Counted from the first letter of the stretch, positions 50,414 to 60,104 are shown. The stretch: 64,000 nucleotides of DNA from an uncultured Clostridia bacterium (GCA_947165365.1 CAMVAF010000002.1:4895-68894); one strand, 5' to 3'. Notes: generated from the letters alone by a model not told the origin. Program-made: numbers and translations.

Positions 50414-50532
50414 TAACACACTAATCCATATAAATTTCTTATAAAGGTTCCAGTATAAACACCTAGATTAAAGATACAATTAACTAAATAATATGATATA
50501 TATGATCCAATAATTATACTAAAACCTATCAT
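50413..50532 (-). CDS. possible 39-aa hydrophobic peptide (candidate immunity or third peptide)
   Basis: ATG at 50532 (minus). Peptide MIGFSIIIGSYISYYLVNCIFNLGVYTGTFIRNLYGLVC. No clear RBS; speculative. Confidence 0.2.
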   Translation of the reverse strand: MIGFSIIIGSYISYYLVNCIFNLGVYTGTFIRNLYGLVC

Positions 50533-50570
50533 AAAATATTTAATGAATGTTTTAAAGTATTCACTACTAA

Positions 50571-50738
50571 TTACATTGGACATATATTTCCTGTAGCAAT
50601 ACGTCTTATTGCTCCTCCAAGACTATTTCCAACATCAAATACGGTAGTAACAGCTTTAGAAAAATAATTTAAAATAGTTGCTGATAAACTAGATGCACCT
50701 CCATTTATTTCTGCTAAATCATTGTCATTAATTTTCAT
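50571..50738 (-). CDS. double-glycine-leader bacteriocin-like peptide B (class II)
   Basis: AAAGGAGGAT RBS + ATG. MKINDNDLAEINGG leader followed by a 41-aa core ASSLSATILNYFSKAVTTVFDVGNSLGGAIRRIATGNICPM. Not in the ORF track (below the length cut-off). Confidence 0.6.
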   Translation of the reverse strand: MKINDNDLAEINGGASSLSATILNYFSKAVTTVFDVGNSLGGAIRRIATGNICPM

Positions 50739-50749
50739 ATATCCTCCTT

Positions 50750-50890
50750 TTAATCACGACATTTTTTTGGTCTTGCTATTCCATCAATTATACCAGCGAC
50801 AAATGTAACTACAAGACCAATACCTACAACTGCCCATCCAGTAATTCCCCCATTAATTTTGGCTAAATCTTCATCATTTAATTTTTTCAC
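50750..50890 (-). CDS. double-glycine-leader bacteriocin-like peptide A (class II)
   Basis: AGGAGGATAA RBS + GTG start. MKKLNDEDLAKINGG leader followed by a 31-aa GxxxG-rich hydrophobic core ITGWAVVGIGLVVTFVAGIIDGIARPKKCRD. Confidence 0.55.
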   Translation of the reverse strand: MKKLNDEDLAKINGGITGWAVVGIGLVVTFVAGIIDGIARPKKCRD

Positions 50891-51301
50891 TTATCCTCCT
50901 ATAATTCTTGTGACATATTTAAATAGTGACTCTTCATAAAGAAGTATTTTGTAAATATTAGATTTTATTGATACTCCTATATCAAAATGAATACTAAATA
51001 AATAAACATCATCCCTTTCTTCAATTTTATCTATATTATATTTCATACTTAAATTATTAAGGATTAATGTATTATGATTTTTTATGATATCAGCATCACT
51101 CTTAATAACCATAATAGTAGCTGTTTTATTATCTTTAAATTCAATTATATTTTGGTAATAATATGTCTTTTTGATAAATAAAAGCATGAAGATTATTACA
51201 ATAATTAAACTAGCAAATAAAACATTATATTTAAAAGATTCATGAGATAATTCTCTATCAAATTGATTTAAAATATTAATTTTTTTCTCGTACATAACCA
51301 T
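50891..51301 (-). CDS. bacteriocin-locus accessory protein (single TM; accessory or immunity role)
   Basis: 136 aa with one TM helix. Overlaps the transporter gene's 3' end and directly precedes the peptide genes. Confidence 0.4.
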   Translation of the reverse strand: MVMYEKKINILNQFDRELSHESFKYNVLFASLIIVIIFMLLFIKKTYYYQNIIEFKDNKTATIMVIKSDADIIKNHNTLILNNLSMKYNIDKIEERDDVYLFSIHFDIGVSIKSNIYKILLYEESLFKYVTRIIGG

Positions 51302-53363
51302 CTTCTCCCACCATTATTACTTGATTATATAAATCGATATTACTCTTTCTATGACTTATAATAATAAATGTTTTATCTTTATAAGTGTTAAAAAGATATT
51401 CTAATATTTTTCTTTCTTTATCAACATCAAGAGCATTGAAAGATTCATCAAAAATATAGATATTACTATTTTTTAGAATACTTCTCGCAATAATTATTCT
51501 TGCTTTTTCACCACCAGATAAATTATCACCATTACCTTCAATTAAATAATTATAATTTAAATTATTTTTGCTCACTATCTCATCTACTAAAGTATTTTTA
51601 GTTAAATCTAAGAAATCTTTATATTTAATTTTTCTACCTAAAGTAATATTTTCATATAAACTATCAGTATATAAATATTCATTTTGTGATACGTAAGAGA
51701 TATTGCTTCTTAAAGAATATAAATCAATATTTTTAAGTTCATACCCATCAATTACAATACTACCTTGATAATTGTTATCCAAGTATCTTGTAAGTAGTTG
51801 CATAACTGTGCTTTTTCCAATACCACTTTCACCACAAATTAATATTTTTTCACCATCCATTATTTTTAAAGATACATCACTTATAACTTTATTAATACCA
51901 TCATAAGAGTATGATAAGTTATCTATTTCAATATTTCCTTTTAAATATTTAATATTTTTACCATCATTTAAAAGATTTTCCACAGGAATATTATATATTT
52001 CCTTAATCCTCCTTACTGACTCTTTACATGTTGTAAACACAACTTGTAAGTCTAATATTCTCTTTACTGAATCAATTAAATAATCACTTAAACCTATAAA
52101 GGTAATTAAACTAGTTATTTTTATAAAATCATTTTTAATTAAATCAATACCAAAATATATAATAAATAAATTACCTAAAGAAATAATAATGTTTTTAAAT
52201 AAATTTTCTTTATTAACACATTTTAGTAATCCCTTATTTAGATTTAAATATTCATCATATTTCTTTTGAAATTTTCGTGAGATGTAATTTTGTATAGAAA
52301 GATTTTTTATTGTTTCAAAAGAATATAGTGATTCTACTAAATAATTATTAATTAAACCTGATTTAAAAAATGTTTCTTTAATTTTATCATTAATAAATGG
52401 ATTATGGATAATTGTTACAATAGTGTATAAAATAATACTTATAATTAAGATTAATGATAGTAACCAACTAATTTTAAAGATAATTACTAGAATAAAGATT
52501 GATAATATTAAATCAACAAAAATACTTACAATAATATTACTTATCATTTCTTTAATATTACCTAAATCATTTATTCTTTTTAATAAATCACCATTAGTAT
52601 GATTTTTATAATATAGAAAGGGGAGGTTAATAATATGATTAAAAGCATCATTAATTAAAGTTTTATCAAGAATCATACTGATATAATTAATTAAATTACC
52701 CCGAAAATAATTAAAGATACTTTTTCCAATTACTGCAATTACAAGAAATAATAAAATTACTTTTAAATCATTTTTTATCGTAATATCAATTTCATCAAAG
52801 AATAATTTAAAACTATAAGAAACTAAAATATTTAATATAGTATAACTTAAAGATAATAAAATGATATTAATAATAGTGCTTTTATATTTACTAATAAAAA
52901 ATTTTAAAATATCTTGTATTCCATTTTCTTCTTTAATATTTGGAATTATCTGTTTAAATTTAAATATTAAATAATTAGAAGAAGAGATATTCATAAAATC
53001 AGAAAAGGACATTTTAACAAACCCCTTACTAGGATCCATAATAAGAAGTTGCATTTTTTTATAATCTATTTTATAAATAACTACAAAATGATTAAATTTT
53101 TTATCAATAATAACATGGGCTATTATCGGTAAATCACTGCTTTTAATATTTTTAAGTTTTTCTTTAATTCCATAAGCATCAAAACCTAAAGACTTAGAAG
53201 CTCTTATTAAATTTAAAGCTGTTACACCATTTTTACTTGTTCTTGTCAGTTCTCTTAAATATTCTTTTGATACATATCCACCATAATACTTAATAATTGA
53301 TAAAAGACAACTAACACCACAATCTTTCACATCATCTTGTATAACGCAGTATTTATCTCTCAT
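51276..53363 (-). CDS. peptidase C39 domain-containing bacteriocin ABC transporter (ComA/LagD-like processing exporter)
   Basis: N-terminal C39 motifs (Q..VKDCGVSCL, HFVVIYKI), six TM helices, and a C-terminal ABC ATPase (GESGIGKST Walker A, LSGGEKARI signature, IYIFDESF Walker B). Start set at MRDKYCV after a GGGAGGG RBS. Confidence 0.85.
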   Translation of the reverse strand: MRDKYCVIQDDVKDCGVSCLLSIIKYYGGYVSKEYLRELTRTSKNGVTALNLIRASKSLGFDAYGIKEKLKNIKSSDLPIIAHVIIDKKFNHFVVIYKIDYKKMQLLIMDPSKGFVKMSFSDFMNISSSNYLIFKFKQIIPNIKEENGIQDILKFFISKYKSTIINIILLSLSYTILNILVSYSFKLFFDEIDITIKNDLKVILLFLVIAVIGKSIFNYFRGNLINYISMILDKTLINDAFNHIINLPFLYYKNHTNGDLLKRINDLGNIKEMISNIIVSIFVDLILSIFILVIIFKISWLLSLILIISIILYTIVTIIHNPFINDKIKETFFKSGLINNYLVESLYSFETIKNLSIQNYISRKFQKKYDEYLNLNKGLLKCVNKENLFKNIIISLGNLFIIYFGIDLIKNDFIKITSLITFIGLSDYLIDSVKRILDLQVVFTTCKESVRRIKEIYNIPVENLLNDGKNIKYLKGNIEIDNLSYSYDGINKVISDVSLKIMDGEKILICGESGIGKSTVMQLLTRYLDNNYQGSIVIDGYELKNIDLYSLRSNISYVSQNEYLYTDSLYENITLGRKIKYKDFLDLTKNTLVDEIVSKNNLNYNYLIEGNGDNLSGGEKARIIIARSILKNSNIYIFDESFNALDVDKERKILEYLFNTYKDKTFIIISHRKSNIDLYNQVIMVGEDGYVREKN

Positions 53364-53520
53364 TTTCCCTCCCACTATTAATATACAAATTTAGATTTTT
53401 AAAAGTATAAAAAATAAAAAATAAATTTTATGTAGTAATATCATGAAAGAATATAAAAAAATAGTAAACAATTGTTTACTTTATTAATATAAATGATATA
53501 ATAACTAACCAAGGTGACTT

Positions 53521-54057
53521 ATGAAAAAGAAAGAAGAAATATTTAAAGAGATAATTAATTATTATGAAAATAATTTATCTATGCCCACGATAAGATACTT
53601 AATGAATAAATTTGGGTATCATTCCACAAATATTGTGTATAAATATTTAAAGAAATTAGAAGAAGAACAATATTTAGTAAGGAATATTAATAATCAGTTA
53701 GTTTTAAATAAAAAATATACGACTAATATTAAAGAAATACCTATTATTAATAGTCAAGATAAAATAAAATTAATCTTAGAAAAAGATAAAGATTATTTAG
53801 GATACCTAGTAAAAGATAATCACCTAATAAAGAATAATATAATTAAAAAAGATATTTTAATAATAGAGAAGGGAAGTAATCCTCCTATTAATGGAATGGC
53901 TTTATTTAATATTAATAATACATATATAATTGGTAAATATGAATTAAAAGATAATTTTTTCATTATAGATTATGAAAATACGGTTATATGTGATATTAAT
54001 AGTTATATAGGTAAAGTAATTTTACTAGAAAGAAATATAAAAAGAAGTATTAGCTAA
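53521..54057 (+). CDS. putative transcription regulator with LexA-like N-terminal winged helix (no S24 peptidase domain)
   Basis: The N-terminal ~60 aa resemble the LexA DNA-binding domain (PTIRYLMNKFGYHSTNIVYKYLKKLEEEQYLVR). Divergent from the bacteriocin transporter gene. Confidence 0.35.
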   Translation: MKKKEEIFKEIINYYENNLSMPTIRYLMNKFGYHSTNIVYKYLKKLEEEQYLVRNINNQLVLNKKYTTNIKEIPIINSQDKIKLILEKDKDYLGYLVKDNHLIKNNIIKKDILIIEKGSNPPINGMALFNINNTYIIGKYELKDNFFIIDYENTVICDINSYIGKVILLERNIKRSIS

Positions 54058-54074
54058 ACTAATAGTATGTATTT

Positions 54075-54218
54075 TTAATAATAAAAGTTATTATTAAAAG
54101 ATCTTGAACCAATAATAATAGCAATTAAAATATATAATACAACAATTATTAAAAATCCATGAGAATTATTGCTATTGGAATTATTATTGTTACACATGTT
54201 TTTTTCCATATCTTGCAT
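54075..54218 (-). CDS. YjcZ-like small sporulation protein (47 aa)
   Basis: AAGGAGGTG RBS. MQDMEKNMCNNNNSNSNNSHGFLIIVVLYILIAIIIGSRSFNNNFYY has the GF.LIVVLFILL.I.G core of the YjcZ family. Confidence 0.45.
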   Translation of the reverse strand: MQDMEKNMCNNNNSNSNNSHGFLIIVVLYILIAIIIGSRSFNNNFYY

Positions 54219-54232
54219 CTTGCACCTCCTTA

Positions 54233-54316
54233 TTAAATATAAGCTCCAACAATGATTACTAGTAAGATAAATAAAACTAAAACAATTGCGTAAGAAGATG
54301 TATAGTTGTTACACAT
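54233..54316 (-). CDS. YjcZ-like small sporulation protein (27 aa)
   Basis: AGGAGGTTTAATT + ATG. MCNNYTSSYAIVLVLFILLVIIVGAYI. Confidence 0.45.
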   Translation of the reverse strand: MCNNYTSSYAIVLVLFILLVIIVGAYI

Positions 54317-54460
54317 AATTAAACCTCCTTTTTTTAACATATTCGATTTATTTTATGGTTTTTTTTGAAAATGGTTCGGGCAAAATAAGTAAATTATGTC
54401 AAGATTATTGTTTTTTCTTATAAAATTTGCTATTATTATTAATGTACATATGGAGGGAAT

Positions 54461-55456
54461 ATGAAAAAAATTGGAAAAATATTATCTTGTGGTTTAGTAG
54501 TGTTAACACTAACTGGTTGTGGAAAAGGTGATACTCCAAGTAATGGAAGTAATAATGTTATAACTTTTGATGATAGTAGTCTTAATGTCACCGTAGACGA
54601 ATTATATAAAGAATTAAAAGAGAGGTATGGTGCTAATTATTTAATTCAATCAATGGATGAAAAACTATTGTCTAAAGAATACGAAACAAATGATGATGCT
54701 AATAATTATGCTGAAAACCAATTAAAAATATATCGTTTATATTACGGAAATAATGAAAATGATTTATTGAACGCTATTAGAAATTCTGGATACAACAGTT
54801 TAGATGAATTTAAAGAAATGTTAATCGCAAATTATAAAAAAACATTACTTGCAGATGATTATGTAAAAAAGAACATCAGCGAAAACGATATTAATAAATA
54901 TTATGAAAATAATATTTATGGAGACCTTACAATAAGTCATATTTTAGTAAGAGTAAATAAAACTGATACCATGACCGAGGAAGAAAAGAAAGAAGAAGAT
55001 AAAAAAGCTCAAGATAAAATAGCAGAAATTTATAAAAAATTAGAAGAAGGAAAAGAATTCTCAGAAGTTGCAAAAGAATCATCAGAAGATTATGCAACAA
55101 CAAGTGATGGTGGATTACTTGGAACTTTTAATAAGGGAGAAATGACTGAAAAATATAATAAAGAATTTGAAGAAGCAGCTAAAAATTTAAAAGTTGGTAA
55201 ATACACTGAAAAAGTAATTGAATCATCATATGGATATCATATTATATACAAAAATGATGAAAAAGAAAAACCTAAACTAGAAACAGTAAAGCAAATGATT
55301 ATCGAAAAAATTGTTGATGAAGAAAAAGAAAAAGATAATAAAATTGAATATAAAGCTATGATTGATCTAAGAGAAAAATATGGTTTAAAATTTAATGATG
55401 ATGATGTAAAAACACAATATGATAATGCTGTAAATAACTGGTTATATGGAGAATAA
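54461..55456 (+). CDS. prsA: foldase PrsA-like lipoprotein (parvulin-type PPIase)
   Basis: Lipobox LTLTGC and a parvulin domain (ISHILVRV...GGLLGTF...GYHII). Confidence 0.8.
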   Translation: MKKIGKILSCGLVVLTLTGCGKGDTPSNGSNNVITFDDSSLNVTVDELYKELKERYGANYLIQSMDEKLLSKEYETNDDANNYAENQLKIYRLYYGNNENDLLNAIRNSGYNSLDEFKEMLIANYKKTLLADDYVKKNISENDINKYYENNIYGDLTISHILVRVNKTDTMTEEEKKEEDKKAQDKIAEIYKKLEEGKEFSEVAKESSEDYATTSDGGLLGTFNKGEMTEKYNKEFEEAAKNLKVGKYTEKVIESSYGYHIIYKNDEKEKPKLETVKQMIIEKIVDEEKEKDNKIEYKAMIDLREKYGLKFNDDDVKTQYDNAVNNWLYGE

Positions 55457-55468
55457 AAAAATCACAAC

Positions 55469-55891
55469 TCATTGTTGTGATTTTTCATTTATAAAAACAT
55501 AATTTTTATTCGCTGTATAATTATAGAAAAAGATAAAAGTTGAACTAATAAGTTTAGCTATTAAATTGGATAATCCTATTTTTTCAATTAAAATAACGAG
55601 AATTAATGATTCTAATAGAAAACCCATAGCCCTTATAAAGACAAAAAGTAATATTTGTTTTAAAAATAATTTTTTATCTTTTGGTTTAGATTTAAATAAT
55701 TTTTGGTCTAGTATAAAGAGTATAGTAAAGGATACAATATAACCTAAAAAATTAGCAAGAATATACAAATTGTTATTAATATAATTTACGATAAAGTATA
55801 CTAAATACATAATAATAGTACACAAAAAAGAAATGATACAATAATGAATAAATAATTTGTTTTTAAAGTATATTTCCTTTATTTTTTTCAT
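55469..55891 (-). CDS. GtrA-like small polytopic membrane protein
   Basis: 140 aa, four TM helices. Composition matches the GtrA family. Confidence 0.45.
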   Translation of the reverse strand: MKKIKEIYFKNKLFIHYCIISFLCTIIMYLVYFIVNYINNNLYILANFLGYIVSFTILFILDQKLFKSKPKDKKLFLKQILLFVFIRAMGFLLESLILVILIEKIGLSNLIAKLISSTFIFFYNYTANKNYVFINEKSQQ

Positions 55892-55935
55892 AATTAACCT
55901 CTATAATAATATTTATTAATATATAAATTGTCAAT

Positions 55936-56466
55936 TTATTTAGTTAATTGCAATATATGATTGTTTTCTGATTCTTTCTTTTTATATATAACTAAGTCTT
56001 TATATAACTTAACAAAAGGATAAGCTAATTCCCCTAAATTAGAATTAGCAATTTTTATTTCAATATCTATTTTAGAAGGAATACAATAAATATCATGATT
56101 CTTGTCTTTTTTAAATGATAAAATAATATCATTATTATCTTTGGTAATACTTATAATATTTAATAATCCATTATCCAGTTTATCGGATAGAATAATAATT
56201 GTGTTATCATAAATGATATTACTATATAAATTTTTATTGCTCACAATTTTTTTTATTTTCATAATATTGCTATATAAATTTTCAAATATAGGATACAATA
56301 TATTATCAGGTGAAATAGAAAATAAGATATTTTTGGAAATATCAATATGATCATAATAGGCAGATAACATTATACTTGAACCTTCTAAATATATAGACAT
56401 TATCTTGTCATCTTGGTAAATATTTACCATATAAGCATTATTTTTGTAAATTACTTCACTATTCAA
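55936..56466 (-). CDS. hypothetical protein
   Basis: 176-aa ORF with no recognisable motif. Confidence 0.3.
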   Translation of the reverse strand: MNSEVIYKNNAYMVNIYQDDKIMSIYLEGSSIMLSAYYDHIDISKNILFSISPDNILYPIFENLYSNIMKIKKIVSNKNLYSNIIYDNTIIILSDKLDNGLLNIISITKDNNDIILSFKKDKNHDIYCIPSKIDIEIKIANSNLGELAYPFVKLYKDLVIYKKKESENNHILQLTK

Positions 56467-56538
56467 AAACTACTCCTTAATTCATTATATCATTATTGTG
56501 AATAAATGTAAAAAAAAATGTAAAGTTTTATAATGATA

Positions 56539-57417
56539 TTAATGATGATGTTGATGTATAGAACCAAAATCTGTATGACACTCTATATTATCACATATAT
56601 CTTCTTCAGTTTCTAGAATAGCATGACAAATATTATATTCTTGTAATTCTTCCCTTATTTTTCTTTTAATCTTTGAAACATCTTTAATTTTAGTTACAAT
56701 ATGCATTGTAGCATAATTATGGTATCCATCAATACTCCATATATGAATATGGTGAATATCATCTATTCCTTTAATTAATAATAAATGTTCTTTTAATTTT
56801 TCTAAATCAATGTCCTTAGGTATTTTTTCTAAAAAGATATCAAGTACTTCTTTTAAATTTTTTATAGCGTTAATGAATATAAATGAGGAAACACCAATAC
56901 ACATAATAGAATCAAGTAATTTTATATCGGTGAAATTCATTATAATTGATCCTATTAAGACAATAATCCAACCAAGTACATCTTCTAACATATGAAGATT
57001 AACTGATTTTTGATTAAGAGAATCACCATCTTTTGTTACATAAGCTGCTAAAAAATTTAAAATAACACCAAATATAGCAAAAATAATCATACCATTATAG
57101 TTGATTTCTACGGGATTAAAAAGTCTTTTTACAGCACCAATTATTACTAAAATAGAACCAATTAATAAAATACTTGTTGTAATAACACTTCCAAGAACGG
57201 AATATCTAATATATCCGTAAGTATATGTATTATCGGCTTTTCTTTTGCTTTTCTTTTCAAGGAAAAAAGATATACCAATGGATAAAGAATCACCAAGATC
57301 ATGTAAAGAATCAGAAAGTATTGCAATAGAATTAGTAAATAATCCCCCAAAGAATTCTATTATAGAAAAAGTTAAATTAAGAATAAAAGCCAATAAAATA
57401 TTTTTTTCTGTTTTCAC
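56539..57417 (-). CDS. CDF-family divalent cation efflux transporter (CzcD-like) with C-terminal His-rich tail
   Basis: Six TM helices, the LSDSLHDLGDSLS (HD/DD site) motif, and a C-terminal ...HTDFGSIHQHHH. Confidence 0.8.
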   Translation of the reverse strand: MKTEKNILLAFILNLTFSIIEFFGGLFTNSIAILSDSLHDLGDSLSIGISFFLEKKSKRKADNTYTYGYIRYSVLGSVITTSILLIGSILVIIGAVKRLFNPVEINYNGMIIFAIFGVILNFLAAYVTKDGDSLNQKSVNLHMLEDVLGWIIVLIGSIIMNFTDIKLLDSIMCIGVSSFIFINAIKNLKEVLDIFLEKIPKDIDLEKLKEHLLLIKGIDDIHHIHIWSIDGYHNYATMHIVTKIKDVSKIKRKIREELQEYNICHAILETEEDICDNIECHTDFGSIHQHHH

Positions 57418-58082
57418 ATTATCACCTCATAAGATATTATATAAAATATTCAAAATTTTATCAATGTTAATGAAAAAAAAGAACTAATTAAATTAGTTCA
57501 CTTAAATATATATTTGGTGCCAATTTGGTGGAGATTCCATAACCAATTGCCAAATTAATGTTAGCAATAAACCTACTAACTGATTTAATTATTTAATAAT
57601 CAATATTTTTATAAAAAAAATATACTAAAAATCATTTTAACATGTCCACATAAAAAAATTATATTTATTTTCTCTATTACACTTGTTTTATTGATACTAT
57701 TATGTAATAATATCTTTAGGAATATCTGGTTATATAGGTACTATTCCCCTTTGCTTTTGAAGGAAAGGGGGTGAAATTATGAGAACACAAGAGAAATATC
57801 TTTGTACGATCATAGTACTCCTTATTATTGTGATTTTAATCATTCTAATAAAAATAGTACCAACTGTTTAAGTCGGTACTAAACCACATTTATGGGAATA
57901 GTACCTAGCACTCAAAAACTAGGTATTCCCTTTTTTATTATATTCAAGTTCCCTTGACACATACATAATATCACAAATTGATATATTTTTCAAGTTCTTT
58001 TCATTTTTCTTACACACCATATTGGTATCTTTATAATAACGAATCCAGCGCCAATATACACTGGGTTCGTTTTAATTTCATA

Positions 58083-58425
58083 TGGTGGAGATGAGGAGAA
58101 TCGAACTCCTGTCCAAAATTACTGATAACTAGACCACTACAAGCTTAGTTAATTAATAAATTTCACTATATAATAAGCTAATTAACAAACAAATATATAG
58201 CTAGTTTAGTAATATTCGTTACTTCACCTAAACAATGAAATAATATAGTTTGCTAAATATGAATTCTAATAAAACTTCGCAAACAAAAGTAATATTAGAA
58301 TGCTTCTGCGTTTATTCCTAAGCAAAAGCTAAAGCGTTTCTGTTTCCAGATATTTTATGAATTTTTCGTATTCCTACGACTTGCAATCTAGCTCCACATA
58401 ATCCTGTCGAAACCATTACATCCCC
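58083..58425 (-). ncRNA. ssrA: tmRNA (SsrA)
   Basis: Minus-strand 5' GGGGAUGUAAUGGUUUCGACAGG... and 3' ...GGACAGGAGUUCGAUUCUCCUCAUCUCCACCA tRNA-like ends. Internal tag reading frame ends ...GNRNALAFA* (gga aac aga aac gct tta gct ttt gct tag). Confidence 0.85.
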
Positions 58426-58454
58426 ATATTCGTTTTATATTATATCATATTTTT

Positions 58455-59003
58455 TTAATAATTTCTAGTCTTTCTTAATAATTTCATTCCTTTTGTATTT
58501 TCAATATCCTCCAAATCATTTATTATATCATTTTCAAAATCAGAAAGATTACTTATAAATCTTATTCCAATACCTCCATTTTTCTTCCATGAAATAATAT
58601 TTTTTTCTTCATCATCTACAAGGATATTATTAGAAGAAGAAACAACAAAAGCTTTGTCATAATCCCTTTGAAGAGTAATTACTTTCATACCTGGAAGTAA
58701 TAGTTTAAAAGTTTCTCTTTTTAACCTTTCCTCAGTATAATTACCACTTAATTTAGTTAAAATAATGACATCTTTATATATTTGTTTTTCTTTTAATAAT
58801 TTTATTTTGTTAATAGCATCATTAATAATAATAGAGTTTTCAAGTAATAACTCCCAACTGGTACTTCTAAAAAAATAATCTACTTTTCTATTATCGGTAA
58901 TATCAATATTATTTTCTTGCATCATTTTATAGGCTGTTTCAATTGTATTAAAGATAACTCCGTCACAATCAATATATAAAACACTCTCCATAAAACCCTC
59001 CAT
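58455..59003 (-). CDS. HAD-superfamily 5'(3')-deoxyribonucleotidase-like protein
   Basis: N-terminal VLYIDCDGVIFNT (DxDG HAD motif I) and ~180 aa length. Confidence 0.5.
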   Translation of the reverse strand: MEGFMESVLYIDCDGVIFNTIETAYKMMQENNIDITDNRKVDYFFRSTSWELLLENSIIINDAINKIKLLKEKQIYKDVIILTKLSGNYTEERLKRETFKLLLPGMKVITLQRDYDKAFVVSSSNNILVDDEEKNIISWKKNGGIGIRFISNLSDFENDIINDLEDIENTKGMKLLRKTRNY

Positions 59004-59112
59004 TTCCTAAGATTCTAACATAGTTATTAAAAAAAATAAAGTATTTTACAGTGATACTTGTAACAATTATAATATTTTGATATAATTGTCTAGTAAACAA
59101 ATAGGAGGTAAA

Positions 59113-59799
59113 ATGAGAAAAAAATTATTATTATTAATTACTATTATCGTTATATTAGTATCATTTACAGGATGTAAGAAAAATGATGCATTATTATTTA
59201 AGGAAGATTATGAGTCAATGAATGAAAAGGAAACCAAAAACGGAAAAAAACATCGCTCTGTATCAATAGATGAAGAAAACCCATTTATTATTTCTTCTGC
59301 AAAAGAGATTGTTGAAAAAATAAATAATAAAGATAGTTTTTATGTTTATTTTGGATCAAAAATTTGTCCATGGTGTCGTAGTGTTATTGAAAAAGCTATA
59401 GAAGTAGCGAATAACAATAATGTTACTAAAATATATTACGTTGATATTTGGAATGATGAAGGAGAAGAAATACTAAGAGATAAATATGAAGTAGATGATA
59501 AAGGTAATGTAATTAAAACAATTGATGGTAAAGAAGAATACTATGAATTATTAAAATTACTTGATAATGTTTTAGAAGATTATACTTATACTAAAAATGA
59601 TAAAAAAGAATCATTCGGTGAGAAAAGAATCTATGCGCCAAACTTTATTTATATTTCAAATGGTAAAGCAATTAAATTAACTACTGGTATATCTAGTTTA
59701 CAAAAAGATTCCAGAGAAACATTAACTGAAGAAATGCTAAAAGATGAAGAAAAAGAATTTAATGATATTTTTGTAAATGTTTGTGATTCTTCATGCTAA
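59113..59799 (+). CDS. thioredoxin-fold lipoprotein with CPWC active-site motif
   Basis: Lipobox SFTGC, YFGSKICPWCRSV (CxxC). Start at ATG 59113 after a TAGGAGGT RBS. Confidence 0.55.
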   Translation: MRKKLLLLITIIVILVSFTGCKKNDALLFKEDYESMNEKETKNGKKHRSVSIDEENPFIISSAKEIVEKINNKDSFYVYFGSKICPWCRSVIEKAIEVANNNNVTKIYYVDIWNDEGEEILRDKYEVDDKGNVIKTIDGKEEYYELLKLLDNVLEDYTYTKNDKKESFGEKRIYAPNFIYISNGKAIKLTTGISSLQKDSRETLTEEMLKDEEKEFNDIFVNVCDSSC

Positions 59800-59826
59800 A
59801 AAAGATGCTAAGCATCTTTTTTATCT
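59800..59826. terminator. bidirectional terminator aaaaagatgcttagcatctttttt
   Basis: Perfect 9-bp stem flanked by A and T runs between convergent genes. Confidence 0.65.
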
Positions 59827-60057
59827 ATAATATGGGTAATAATAAGGATATGGTGTGTAATAAGGATAAGGATAATACATAGGATAATTATTATATCGAT
59901 TATTAGCAATTAATCCTCCTGTAATACCACCCAATACAAAAGGAACAGCAAAACCACCTAAAAAACGATCATTATTATTTCCATTGTTGCTTGGTCTATT
60001 TGGCCTTTTCATTTGCATGGATTGGTAATTTTGTGGTATATTATTATTGTTATACAT
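59821..60057 (-). CDS. Tyr/Pro-rich small protein (spore-coat-like low-complexity tail)
   Basis: AAGGAG RBS. C-terminus YYPYPYYTPYPYYYPYYR and a GG(F/I)xG glycine-zipper mid-segment. Confidence 0.35.
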   Translation of the reverse strand: MYNNNNIPQNYQSMQMKRPNRPSNNGNNNDRFLGGFAVPFVLGGITGGLIANNRYNNYPMYYPYPYYTPYPYYYPYYR

Positions 60058-60104
60058 AAAATACTCCTTTCATAGTATTTTATGTTAAGAAGGAGAATAA
60101 AGTT

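Noticed and set aside
57515-57560. TTGGTGCCAA / CCAATTGCCAAATT dyads upstream of the CzcD-like CDF gene as a metal-sensor operator
   Set aside because: The symmetry is imperfect, and no ArsR/SmtB- or MerR-family regulator gene is adjacent. It is too weak to annotate.
57480-58082. Integrated element at the tmRNA 3' end
   Set aside because: There is no integrase or recombinase gene and no direct repeat of the tmRNA 3' end. Only a minus-strand terminator hairpin (gaactaatttaattagttc + T-run) and the tiny IR-flanked unit were found, so no mobile element was called.
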